DNA from: Squalus acanthias
Taxonomy: Eukaryota
Direction of reading: 5' to 3'
NCBI GenBank assembly: GCA_030390025.1
Contig: JASTWF010000034.1
Location: 5,084,001-5,148,000 of the forward strand
Length of the DNA stretch: 64,000 bases
Below are positions 40,285 through 52,334 of this stretch, piece by piece. The position numbers and the translations under genes were made by a program. The notes under the pieces were generated by a model, which was not told the DNA's origin, made no database searches, and saw only the letters and a program-made list of their open reading frames with translations. Positions within the stretch are counted from its first letter, which is position 1; each line of letters opens with the position of its first letter.

Positions 40285-40813
40285 TGCCATGTGATTGGCT
40301 CCCGGTTCCTTTGTGATGTCACCTGGAGTCAGGGCCCCGCCCCTGGTTACAGCCCATCAGTGGGATGTCAGTGTGGGTGGAGCTGGAGTGACAGCTGACA
40401 CTGGCAGTGAGTTTAGTCAAATTAAATATAATCAGTCACAAAAACAGTCCCACTGTATTCCAGTTACAGATTCTGGGATTAATATGAATCATTTTTCTAT
40501 TGACAGTCTCTGGGAGTGAGCAATATCTCAGGAAGGTGGAGAGAGAAGTCGAATCATCGCCTCACTGACTGGGACTGGAGAAATGTCTCTGGTTTCACAG
40601 AGCAGATCTGGTGGGATCGAGACCCCCAGTGTCAGAGATGGGAAAAAACGGGAAGCTTCAACAATGATTGGAAAGGGGAGGAACTTTACTGAGAATCCCA
40701 CCAGTCCAGGAATTTTCCGAGGTGCGAATCTAACCAGATACTGGGAGCTGTTCAACATCTGTTGTCAGGCTCACCTCAAGCGGCAAGTTGAGCGGAGCTT
40801 AACTCATAGATAA
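40285..40813 (+). other. Orphan 5' gene fragment: promoter motifs, non-coding exon, short intron, ATG-containing exon
   Basis: ATTGG near 40294, GTGATGTCAC, CCCCGCCC near 40334, donor GTGAGT at 40407, acceptor ttttctattgacAG at 40506, ORF 40583-40813. Confidence 0.4.
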
Positions 40814-40974
40814 ACATTGCCCGTACCTCACCTGGGAGTGTTTGACACTTACAGGTAGTGGGATCTTTATTCACCCCATGCTGTACCTGAGCTGGTTGTG
40901 CTTCATTGGGCAGTGACAGGGGAACTGTATGCTGCATTGAACACATGATGTATCAGAGTTGGTTCTGTTTGTGG

Positions 40975-41560
40975 GTCACTGAACTCGGGCATTGTGGATA
41001 CAGATCACTGACCCTGGGCCTTGTGGGTACTGGGTCACTGATCCTGGGCATTGTGGGTACAGATCACTGATCCTGGATCTTGTGGGTACTGGGTCACTGA
41101 CCCTGGGCCTTGTGGGAACGGGACATGACCTTGGGTATTGTGGGTAAGGTAACTGACCCTCAGGAATAGTGAGTAGAATGTCACTGACTCTGGGCATTGT
41201 GGGTACAGGGGACTGACATTGGGCAGTTTGGGTAAGCTCAATGACCCTGGACATTTTCGGTAAATTATCACTGCCCCTGGGCATTGTGGGTACAGGGTCA
41301 CTGCCCTTGGGCATTGTGGATGCAGCGTCACTGACCTTGGGCATTGTGGATGCAGGGGACTGACACTGCGCAGTTTGGGTAAGCTCAATGACCCTGGGCA
41401 TTGTGGGAACAAGGGACTGACACTGGGCATTGTGGGTAATCTCAATGACCCTGGACATTTTCGGTAAATGGTCACTGCCCCTGGGCATTGTGGGTACAGG
41501 GTCATTGACCCTGGGAATTGTGGATACAGCGTCACTGACACTGGGCATTGTGGGAAAGGT
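40975..41560. repeat. 30-bp minisatellite, second and more diverged array
   Basis: Same monomer as 38705-39385. Confidence 0.9.
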
Positions 41561-41639
41561 CCTGAGGGTGATTACAGCGGCCTGTGGGTGTATAACTTTA
41601 AATGGTGTTTGACCTCTGACACTTCCTGTCCCCCCGCAG

Positions 41640-41748
41640 AACCTGCTGTGTCCTGCCCAGCGAAGTGGGCCCAGGAATACCTGCAAAATACAGAAGAGAA
41701 ACTGCAGCTGGGGGAACACGAGCTGGAGCAGAGTCAGGAACTGAATTG
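41640..41748 (+). pseudogene. PEX5: PEX5 WxxxY-motif exon, second copy with open frame
   Basis: (E)PAVSCPAKWAQEYLQNTEEKLQLGEHELEQSQELNW versus recalled PEX5 [28 protein letters not shown]. cAG/GT boundaries. Confidence 0.88.
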
Positions 41749-41785
41749 GTACGGAGCGGGGAGAGGGAGGTAGAAATAATGTTAA

Positions 41786-42250
41786 TGTCAGGGTAATATA
41801 GATGGAGCTCTTTATTGTACCTACCCCGGGAGCGCTCGATGCTGACACTGGGTATAAAGTTGGGGGACACTGTCAGGGTAATGTAGAGGGGGCTCCTTAT
41901 TGTACCTGCCCCGGGAGCGCTCCATGCTGACACTGGGTATAAAGTGGGGGGACACTGTCAGGGTATTGTAGAGGGAGCTCCTTATTGTACCTGCCCCGGG
42001 AGCGCTCGAGGCTGACACTGGGTATAAAGTGGGGGGACACTGTCAGGGTATTGTAGAGGGAGCTCCTTATTGTACCTGCCCCGGGAGTGCGTGCTGCTGA
42101 CACTGGGTATAAAGTGGGGGTACACTGTCAGGGTAATGTAGAGGGAGCTCTGTATTGTACCTGCCCTGGGAGCACTCGATACTGACACTGGGTATAAAGT
42201 GGGGGGACACTGTCGGAGTAATGTAGAGGGAGCTCTGTATTGTACCTGCA
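41786..42250. repeat. 85-bp minisatellite, second array
   Basis: Same monomer as 39606-40237. Confidence 0.95.
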
Positions 42251-42254
42251 CTGT

Positions 42255-43760
42255 AAGGGAGTGAGCTCCAGATTTCACCCACCCTCTGGGTGAAAAAGTT
42301 TTGCCTCAAATCCCCTCTAAACTTCCTGCCCCTTACCTTGACACTGTGCCCCCTGGTTATTGACCCCTCTACGAAGGGAAGAATTTATTTTTTATCCACC
42401 CTAGCTATGCCCCTCATAATTTTGTACACCTCAATCAGTTCCCCCCTCAGCCTTCTCTGCTCTAAGGAAAACAACCCCATCCTGTCCAGTCTCTCTTCAC
42501 AGCTGAAACGCTCCAGCCCAGGTAACATCCTGGTGGATCTCCTCTGCACCATCTCCAATGCAATCACATCCCTCCTATAGTGTGGTGACCAGAACTGCAC
42601 ACAGTATTCCAGCTGTGGCCTAACCAGCGTTTTGTACAGCTGCGTCATAACCTCCCTGCTCTTATATTCTATGCCTCGGCTAATGAAGGCAAGTATCCAA
42701 TATGCCTTTTTAACCACCTTATCTACCTGTCCTGCTGCCTTCAGGGATCTATGTGCATGCACGCCAAAGTCCCTCTGATCCTCTGTCCTTCCTAGGGTCC
42801 TACCATTCATTGTGTATTTCCTTGCCTTGTTTGTCCTCCCAAAATGCATCACCTCACTCTTTTCAGGGTTAAATTCCATTTGCCACTGTTCTGCCCATCT
42901 GACCATCCCGCCTATATCGTCCTGTAGCCTGAGGCTTCCCTCCTCGCTATTTACCACTCCACCAATTTTCGTGTCATATGCGAACTTTCATTCATATCTA
43001 AATCATTAATGTACACTACAAACAGCAAAGGACCCAGCACCGATCCCTGCGGTACACCACTGGACACTGGCTTCCAGTCACAAAAACTACCTTCGACCAT
43101 CACCATCTGCCTCCTGCCACTAAGACAATTTTGAATCCAATGTGCCAAATTGCCCTGGATCCCATGGCCTCTTACCTTCTTGACCAGTCTCCCATGTGGG
43201 ACTTTATCAAAAGCCTTACTGAAGACCATGTAGACGACATCAACTGCACTATCCTCATCCACACACCTAGTCACCCCCTCAAAAAATTCAATCAAATTGG
43301 TTAGATATGATCTCCCCCTGACAAAGCCATGCTGACTATCCCTGATTAATCCTTGCCTCTCCAAGTGGAGACTAATTCTGTCCCTCAGAATTTTTTCCAA
43401 TAATTTCCCTATCACTGATGTTAGGCTCACTGGCCTGTAATTCCCTGGTTTATCCCTACTACCCTTCTTGAACAATGGTACTACGTTAGCTGTTCTCCAG
43501 TCCTCTGGCACCTCCCCTGTGGTCAGAGAGATTCTGAAAATTTGTGTCCGAGCCCCTGCAGTCTCCTCCCTTGCCTCACACAGCAGCCTGGGATACATCC
43601 CGTCAGGGCCTGGGGATTTATCCACTTTTAAGCCCGCTAAAACCGCTAGTACCTCCTCCCTCTCAATACTAATTTGTTCAAGTATATCGCAATCCCCCTG
43701 CCTGATTTCTATGCCTCCATCGTCCTTCTCCATAGTGAACACAGATGCAAAATATTCATT
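42255..43760 (-). mobile_element. CR1-type LINE ORF2 reverse transcriptase fragment, inactive
   Basis: ORFs 42951-43742 and 42385-42957 carry KSPGPDG, PGNYRPVSLTS and SGVPQGSVLGPLLF. Frameshifting deletion just before the catalytic motif, which reads KFAYD rather than KFADD. Confidence 0.96.
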
Positions 43761-43764
43761 TCAG

Positions 43765-46700
43765 AGCTTTACTCTGTACCAAACTTTGTCTGAACCTGCC
43801 CTGGGATTTTTTGATGGGACAGTGTAGTTAGTTTTTCTCTGTATCTAACCCGTGCTGTACCTGCCCTGAGAGTGTTTGATGTTACATTGTAGAGGGAGGT
43901 TCACTCTGTATCTACCCTGTGCTTTACCTGCCCTGGGAGAGTTTGATGGGACAGTGTAAACGGAGCTTTAATCTGTATCTAATGCATGCTGCACCTGCTT
44001 TGGGTGTGTTTGATGGGCCAGTGTTGATGCAACTTTACTTTGTGTCTAACTCGTGTTGTGCCTGTCTTGGAAGGGTTTGATGGGACACTGTAGAGGCAGC
44101 TTTAGTCTGTATCTAACACATGCTGTACCTGCTCTGGGAGAGTTTGATGGGATAGTGTCGAGGGAGTTTTAATCTGTCTTACTCGTGTTCTGCATGTCCT
44201 GGATGGGTTTAATGGGACAGTGTAGAGAGAGCTTTACTCTATCAAACGTGGTCTGAACCTGCCCTGGGAGTGGTTTGCTGGGACAGTTCAGAGGGAGATT
44301 TACTCTATCTAACCCGTGCTGTACCTGCCCTGGGAGTGTTTGATGGGACAGTGTAGAGGGAGCTTTACTCTGTATCTAACCGGTGCTGTCCCTACCCTGG
44401 TGTTGTTTGATGGGACAGTGTAGAGGCAGCTTTACTCTGTATCTAACCCATGCTGTACATGCCCTGGGGGTGTTTGATGGGACAGTGTTGAGGGAGCTTT
44501 ACTCTGTTTCTAACCCGTGCTGTACCTGCCCTGGGAGTGTTAAATTGGACAGTGTTGATGCAGCTTTACTCTCTCTGTCTAACTCGTGTTCTGCCTGTCC
44601 TGGACGGGTTTGATGGGACAGTGTAAAGGGAGTTTTACTCTGTATCTTAACCGTGCTGGAGCTGCCATGGGGGTGTTTGATGGGACAGTGTCGAGGGAGC
44701 TTTACTCTGTTTCTAACCCCTGCTGTACATGCCCTTTAAATGTTTGATGTGACATTGTAGGGGGAGCTTTACTCTGTATCTAAGCCATGCTGTTCCTGCC
44801 CTGGGAGAGTTTGATGAGACAGTTTAGAGGGAGCTTTACTCTGTATCTACACATGCTGTATCTGCCCTGGGAGTGTTTGATGGGACAGTGTAGTGAGAGC
44901 TTTACTCTTTACCAATCATTGTTTGAACCTGCCCTGGGAGTGTTGGATGGGACAATATAGAGGGAGATTTACTCTGTATCTAACCAGTGCTGTACCTGCC
45001 CTGGACGGATTTGATGGGACAGTGTTGAGGGAGCTCTAAACTGTATCAAACATGGTCTGAACCTGCCAGGGGAGTGTTTGATGGGACAATGCAGAGATTA
45101 ACTTTACTCTGTATCTAACCTGTGCTGTACCTGCCCTGTGAGAGTTTAATGGGACACTGTGGAGGGAACTTTACTCTGTGTGAAACATATTCTGAACCTC
45201 CTGTGGGAGTGTTTGATGAGACAGTGTAGAGTGAGATTTACTCTGTATCTAACCTGTGCTGAAAATGCCCTGGGTGGGTTTGATGGGACATTGAAGAGGG
45301 TGATTAACTCTGTAGCTAAATCGTGTTGTGCCTGTCCTGGGAGAGTTTGAGGGGAAAGTCTAGAGTCAGCTTTACCAGTATCAAACATGGTCTCAAACTG
45401 TCCTGGGAGTGTTTCATGGGACAGTGAAGAGGGAACTTTACTCTGCATCTAACCCGTGTTATACGTGTCCTGGGAGCGATTTGATGGAATAGTGTAGAGA
45501 GAGCTTTACTCTGTATCTAAACCGTGCTGTACCTGCACTGGGAGTGTTTGATGGGACAGTGTAAAAGGAGCTTTATTCTGTATCTAAATCGTGCTGTACC
45601 TGTCCTGGGAGTGTTTGATGGGACATTGTAGAGGGAGCTTTACTATGTATCTAACCCGTGCTGTACCTGTCCTGGGAGTGTTTGATGGGACATTGTAGAG
45701 GGAGCTTTACTCTGTATCTAACCTACGCTGTACCTGTCCTGGGAGAGTTTGATTTGACGGTGTAGAGGGATCTTTGCTCTGTATCTAACCCGTGTTGTGC
45801 CTGTCCTGGACAGGTTTGATGGAACAGTGTAGAGGAAGCTTTACTCTGTATCAAACAGTATGTTGGCGTTCATTGCAAGAGGATTTGAGTACAGGAGCAA
45901 GAATGTCTTACTACAGTTATACAGGGCCTTGGTGAGACCACACCTGGTGTACTTTGTGCTGTTTTGGTCTCCCTACCTAAGAAAGGATATACTTGCCATA
46001 GATGGAGTGCAGCGAAGATTCACCAGACTAATTCCTGGGATGACAGGACTGTCGTTTTAGGAGAGGTTGGGTCGACTAGGCCTGTATTCACTAGAGATTA
46101 GAAGAAGGAATGGGCATCTGATTGAAAGGTATAAAATTCTGACAGTGCTGGACAGACTGGATGCAGGGAGGATGTTTCCCCTGGCTGGGGTGTCTAGAAC
46201 GAGGAGAAATATCTTCACTCAGAGGGTGGTGAACCTGTGGAATTCTCTACCACAGAGGCTGTGGTGTCTAAATCACTGAATATATTTAAGAAGGAGGTAG
46301 ATAGATTTCTAGACACAAAAGGCATCAAGGGGTATGGGGAGAGACCGGGAATTTGGTACTGAGATAGAGGAGCAGCCATGATCATGTTGAATGGCGGAGC
46401 AGGCTCGAAAGGCCGAATGGCCGACTCCTGCTCCTATTTTTCTATGTTTCAAACATGGACTGAACCTGCCCTGAGGTCCTTTTATGGGACAGTGTAGAGG
46501 GAGCTTTACGCTGTATCTAACACATGCTGTTCCTGCCCTGGGAGTGTTTGATGGGACAGTGTTGAGGGAGCTTTACTCTGTATCTAACCCGTGCTGTTCC
46601 TGCCCTGGGAGTGTTTGATGGGACAGTGTAGATGAGCGTTACTCTGTATCTAACCAGTGCTATACCTGCCCTGGGAGTGTTTGATGGGACAGTGTAGAGG

Positions 46701-47630
46701 GAGATTTACTCTGTATCTAACCCGTGCTGTACCTGCCCTGGGAGAGTTTTATGGGACAGTGCAGAGAGTGCTTTACTCTGTATCTAACCCGTGCTGTACC
46801 TGCCCTGCGAGTGTTTGATGGGACAGTGTAGAGGGAGCTTTACTCTGTATCTAACCAGTGCTGTACCTGCCCTGGGAGTGTTTGATGGGACAGTGTAGAG
46901 GGAGCTTTACTCTGTATCTAACCCGTACTGTACCTGCCCTGGGAGTGTTTGATGGGACAGTGTAGAGGGAGCTTTACTCTGTATCTAACCAGTGCTGTAC
47001 CTGCCCTGGGAGTGTTTGATGGGACAGTGTAGAGGGAGCTTTACTCTGTATCTTACCCATGCTGTACCTGCCCTGGGAGCGTTTGATGGGACAGTGTAGA
47101 GGGAGATTAACTCTGTATCTAACCCGTGCTGTACCTGCCCTGGGAGTGTTTGATGGGACAGTGCAGAGAGTGCTTTACTCTGTATCTAACCAGTGCTGTA
47201 CCTGCCCTGGGAGTGTTTGATGGGACAGTGTTGATGCAGCTTTATTCTGTGTCTAACTCGTGGTCTGCCTGTCCTGGATGGGTTTGAAGGGACAGTGTAG
47301 GGGGAGCTTGACCCTGTATCAAACATGGTCTGAACTAGCCATGGGAGTGTTTGATGCGACCGTGCAGAGATGAGCTTTACTCTGTACCTGCCCTGTGAGA
47401 GTTTGTTGGGGCAGTGAAGAAGGAGCTTTACTCTGTATCTAACCTGTGCTGTACGTGCACTGTGAGAGTTTGTTGAGCCTGTGTAGAGGGACCTTTACTC
47501 TGTATCTAACCTTTGCTGAAACTGCCCTGGGAGTGTTTGATGGGACAGTGCTGAGGGAGATTTACACTGTGTCTAAGTCGTGTTGTGCCTGTCCTGGGAG
47601 AGTTTGATGGGGCAGTGTTGGGGTAGATTT
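43765..47630. repeat. 67-bp satellite (CTGTATCTAACCCGTGCTGTACCTGCCCTGGGAGTGTTTGATGGGACAGTGTAGAGGGAGCTTTACT), split by a LINE
   Basis: Period ~67. Most homogeneous at 46500-47230. Confidence 0.95.
45858..46448 (+). mobile_element. 5'-truncated CR1-type LINE with putative TCAAACA target-site duplication
   Basis: MLAFIARGFEYRSK..LVRPHL..QRVVNLWNSLP and a ctatgtt tail. TCAAACA at 45851-45857 and 46449-46455. Confidence 0.92.
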
Positions 47631-48268
47631 ACTCTACCTCTGACCTATTCTGCCCAATTGGTTTGTGCCGGTGTTTATTCCCCACACAAGCCTCCTCCCA
47701 CCCCTCTTCATCTAATTCTATTAGCATAACCTTATATTCCTTTCTCCCTCATGTGTTTATCGAGCTTCTCCTTAAATGCATCTGTACTATCCGCCTCCAC
47801 TACTCCCTGTGGTAGCGAGTTCCACATTCTCACCTCTCTTTGGGTGAAGAATTTCTCCTGAATTCTCCATTGGATTTATTAGTGACTATCTTATATTGAT
47901 GATCTCCAGTTTTGGACTCCCACAAGTGGAAACATTTTCTCCACGACCACCCTTTATAACCTTCTCATAATCTGAACGACCTCTATCCGGTCATCCATCA
48001 GCATTCTCTTTCTTCAAGAGAAAAGAGACCCAGCCTGTTCAGTCTTTCCTGATAAGTATATCCTCTCAGTTCTAGGATCATCCTTACAAATCTCCTTCTC
48101 CAGTGCCTCTATATTAAGAACATAAGAAATAAGAGCAGGTTTAGGCCATTGGGCCCCTCATAATAATATGGAGAGCAGAGCTTTTCACAGTACTCCAAGT
48201 ATGATCTAACCCAGGGTCAGTACAAGTTTAACATAACCTCCCTGTTTTGCAATTCTATCCCTCTGGAA
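47630..48268 (-). mobile_element. Degraded CR1-type LINE 3' fragment
   Basis: Similar to the 36995-37810 element (gagttccacattctcacc...gggtgaagaa). Confidence 0.85.
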
Positions 48269-48269
48269 A

Positions 48270-51110
48270 TACCCCACCCCCCTCACTGTAACACTTTGTG
48301 ATATACTCCATTTCCCTCGCTGTAACACTCTGATATACCCGACACCCCTCAATGTAACACACTGATATAACCCCAGACCCCTGACTGTAACACTCTGTTA
48401 TACACAACACACCTCACTGTAACACTCTGATATGCCCAACACCGGTCATTGCATTACTCTGATGTACCCCACACCCGTAACTGTAGCACTCTGATGCAAA
48501 CCCACTCCCCTGACTACAACACTCTGATATACCCCGCACATGCCTTCATGTAACACATCGATATACCCCACACCCCTTATGGTAACACTCTGATATACGC
48601 CGCTCCCCTCAATATAACACTCTGATATACCTCACACACCTCATTAACACTCTGATATACCCCATAATTGAATCCTCTTACATATTTCAAACCTCTCACT
48701 GTAACAGACCGATATACCCCACTCACATCCCTTTAACACTCTGATATACCCCACACCATTCACTTAAATTCTCTTACATATCCCAAACCTCTCACTGCAA
48801 CAGACCGATATACCCAACTCACCTCCCTTTAACACTCTGATATACCCCACACCCTTCGCTGTAACAATTTGATATACCCCACACCCCTCACTGCAATAAT
48901 CTGATATACCCCACACCCCTCACTGTAACACTCTGATATAAACCACACCCCTCACTGTAACACTCTGATATACCCCACACTCCTGATTATAACACTCTCT
49001 TACATACCCCAAGGAAGGCAAATGGTATGCTGGCCTTCATTACAAGAGGATTTGAGTACAGGAGTAAACAGGTCTTAATCCCTTGATATCGGACCTTGGT
49101 GAGACCGCACCTGGAGTACTGTTAACAATTTTGGTTTCCTTACCTTATTAAATAAATATTTGCCATAGAGGGAGTGCAACGAAGGTTCACGAGATTGATT
49201 CCTGGGAAGGCGGATCTGTCGTATGAGAAGAGATTGAGTAAACTAGGCCTGTATTCTCTTGAATTCAGAAGAATGAGTGGGGATTTCATTGAAGCATAAA
49301 CAATTATTACAGGGCTTGATAGTTTGGATGCTGGGAGAATGTTTCCCTTGGCTGGGGAGTCTAGAACCAGGGGCCACAGCCTCATGATAAAGGGTAGGCC
49401 ATTCAGGACTGAGATGAGAATCATAGAAACATAGAAGATAGGAGCAGGAGTAGGCCATTCGGCCCCTCGAGCCTGCTCCGCCATTCAATGCGATCATGGC
49501 TGATCCTCCAAATTCAGAACCCTGTCCCTGGTTTCTCCCCATATCCCTTGATCCCCTTAGAATTAAGAAATATATCTAACTCTAATAAAGATATTTCTTC
49601 ACACAGAGGGTGGTGAATCTTTGGAATTCTCTACCCCAGAGGGCTGTGGAGGCTCAGTCATTGGGTATATTCAAAACAGAAGTCGATAGATTTCTGACTA
49701 CTAAGGGCAACAAGGGATATCGAGATAAGGCCGGTGAATGGAATTGAGGCAGAAAATCAGCCATGATCTCATTGAATGGCGGAGCAGGCTCAAGGGGCCG
49801 AATGGCCTACTCCTGCTCCTATTTCTTACGTTATGTTCTTAAACCTCTCATTGTAACACACCGTTTTACCCCACACCCCTCACTGTAACACTCTGATATA
49901 CTCCATACCCCTCACTGTAACACTCTCTGATATACCCAACACCCCTCAATGTAAAACACTCTGATATACTCCATACCCCTCACTGTAACACACCGTTTTA
50001 CCCCACACCCTTCACTGTAACACTCTCTGATATACTCCATACCCCTCACTGAAACACTCTCTGATATACTCCATACCCCTCACTGTAACACTCTCTGATA
50101 TACTCCATACCCCTCACTGAAACACTCTCTGATATACTCCATACCCCTCACTGTAACACTCTCTGATATACTCCATACCCCTCACTGAAACACTCTCTGA
50201 TATACTCCATACCCCTCACTGTAACACTCTCTGATATACCCAACACCCCTCAATGTAAAACACTCTGATATACTCCATACCCCTCACTGTAACACTCTGA
50301 TATACTCCACACCCCTCACTGTAACACTCTGATATACACCACACCTCTCACTGTAACACTCTGATATACCCAACACCGCTCATTGTATTACTCTGATGTA
50401 CCCCACACCCCTCACGGTAGCACTTTGATGTAAACCCACTCCCCTGACTACAACACTCTGATATACCCCACACACCCCTCACTGTAAATATCTATATACC
50501 CAACACCCCTGACTATAACACTCTGATATATATCCCACACATCCCTTACAGTAACACACTGATATACCTCACACACCTCTCTGTACCACTCTGATATACC
50601 CCTTAATTTAATCCTCTTATATATTACAAACCTCTCACTGTAACAGACCGATATACCCCACTGACCTCACATCAACACTCTGATATATCCCACATGACTC
50701 ACTGTAACACTATGATATTCCCCACACCCCTCACTGTAACACTCTGATATACCCCACACCCCTCACTGTAACACTCTCTGATATTCCCCACACCCCTCAC
50801 TGTAACACTCTGATATACTCCATACCACTCACTGTAACACTCTGATATACTCCATACCCCTCACTGTAACACTGATATACCCCACACCCCTCACTGTAAC
50901 ACTCTCTGATATACTCCATACCACTCACTGTAACACTCTGATAAACCCCACACCCCTCACTGTAACACTATGATATTCCCCACACCCCTCACTGTAACAC
51001 TGATATACACCACACCCCTCACTGTAACACTCTGATATACTGCACACCCCTCACTGCAACACTGTGATATACACCACACCTCATTGTTATACTCTGATAA
51101 ACCCCGCAAT
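48270..51110. repeat. 32-bp satellite (TAACACTCTGATATACCCCACACCCCTCACTG), split by a LINE
   Basis: Period 32-34 on both sides of the 49011-49840 insertion. Confidence 0.93.
49011..49840 (+). mobile_element. 5'-truncated CR1-type LINE with a nested inverted CR1 3' end (~49421-49582)
   Basis: aaggcaaatggtatgctggccttcatt... through the tail atgttctt. The nested catagaaacatag...ggccattcggccc segment is the reverse complement of a CR1 tail. Confidence 0.9.
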
Positions 51111-51424
51111 GTAATTGTCTCTTACATACTGATACACCCCACACCACTCACTGTTGTCACTGCCACTTTAATCTCATGGGCTTCAATTTTGGTAATATGT
51201 GATCCTTTATTAAGCACCTTTTGTAATGATTGGGAAAGTGTGAGTAGTATCAATCATACAACGATAGAATTGGAGATCCAAGTGGTGTTGACAATTTGTT
51301 TAGCGTACTTGACGCCCCGCTCTGATCACAGGCCTCATCTGGTTTCAATCAATGAATTATAAAATAATTGATTTTAATCCTATTTTATTATTTCTATGTA
51401 TTTGTTATCAGGCTTGGCGTGACT

Positions 51425-51590
51425 CTGTCAAGGTTGGTATCACTTGCCCATTCCTAGTTACCCATGTGAAAATGGTGGGCCTTCATCTTGAGCCGCTGCA
51501 GTCCGTGTGGTGAAGGTGCTCCCACAATACTGTTACTGAAGGATTTTCAAGCTTTTGACCCAGTGACGATGAAAGAACGGTGATATATTT
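51425..51590 (-). mobile_element. Degraded LINE 3' fragment
   Basis: ccgctgcagtccgtgtggtgaaggtgctccc matches the element at 58280-58622. Confidence 0.7.
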
Positions 51591-51757
51591 GAAGGGTACG
51601 GTAGCACAGTGGTTATGTTGCTGGAATAGTGAACCAGATGACTGGACAAATGATCCAGAGACATGTGTTCAAATCCGAAAAGCTGGGGGAATTTAAATTC
51701 AATTAATTAAACAAATCTGGAATGAAAAGCTTGTGTCAATAAGGGTGACCATGAAAG

Positions 51758-51959
51758 CAGACAAGATAAGATTAACTGCAGTCATCTGGCTGTGTTCTCT
51801 GACAATATATGCTGTGCCTATATACATCTCTTCATTAAACCTGACGAAGGAGCAGCGCTCCGAAAGCTTGTGATTTCAAATAAAGCTGTTGGACTATAAC
51901 CTGGTGTTGTGCGACTTCTCACATTTGTCCACCCCAGTCCAACACCGGCATCTCCACAT
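51758..51959 (+). mobile_element. Penelope-like element terminal fragment with 8-bp direct repeat CATGAAAG
   Basis: CATGAAAG at 51750-51757 and 51960-51967. Internal hammerhead-like core followed by AATAAA. Confidence 0.7.
51834..51876 (+). ncRNA. Minimal type I hammerhead ribozyme motif
   Basis: CTGACGA-A-GGAGC(AGC)GCTCC-GAAA-GC-TT: intact core, perfect 5-bp stem II, palindromic stem III. Stem I only partly paired. Confidence 0.65.
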
Positions 51960-52334
51960 CATGAAAGTACCGGATTGTCGTAAAGTTCCACCTGGTTCAC
52001 TAATGGCCTATCGGGAGAGAAATCTGCTGTCCTTACCTGATCTGGCTGAAATGTAAATCCAGACCCCCTGCAATGTGGTTGACTCTGAAATGGCCCAGCA
52101 AGACATTCACTTGTCTCAAGCGGCTCCCCACCACCTGCTGATGGGAAATAAATGCTGGCCTTGTCAGCACCGCCCACATCCCAAGAATTAGTTATAAAAA
52201 TGATTTATTACGTGTGATAATGATTGAAAAAGCGTCATAATGTTTTATTAATGGTCATAATGATTTATAAAGGGTTATAAAAGATCTGTAAAGTGGTGTA
52301 ATGATTTTAAAGTGTTATAATGACTAATAAAGTC

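Larger units (their letters stand above)
51594..52200 (+). mobile_element. tRNA-derived SINE interrupted by a 202-bp insertion
   Basis: A-box-like GGTAGCACAGTGG and B-box-like GTTCAAATCC. Tail ataaatgctggcc...cccacatccc is shared with the LINE at 58280. Confidence 0.75.

Noticed and set aside
51594..51680. Possible tRNA gene
   Set aside because: Only A/B-box-like motifs, no cloverleaf, and it continues into a SINE body.
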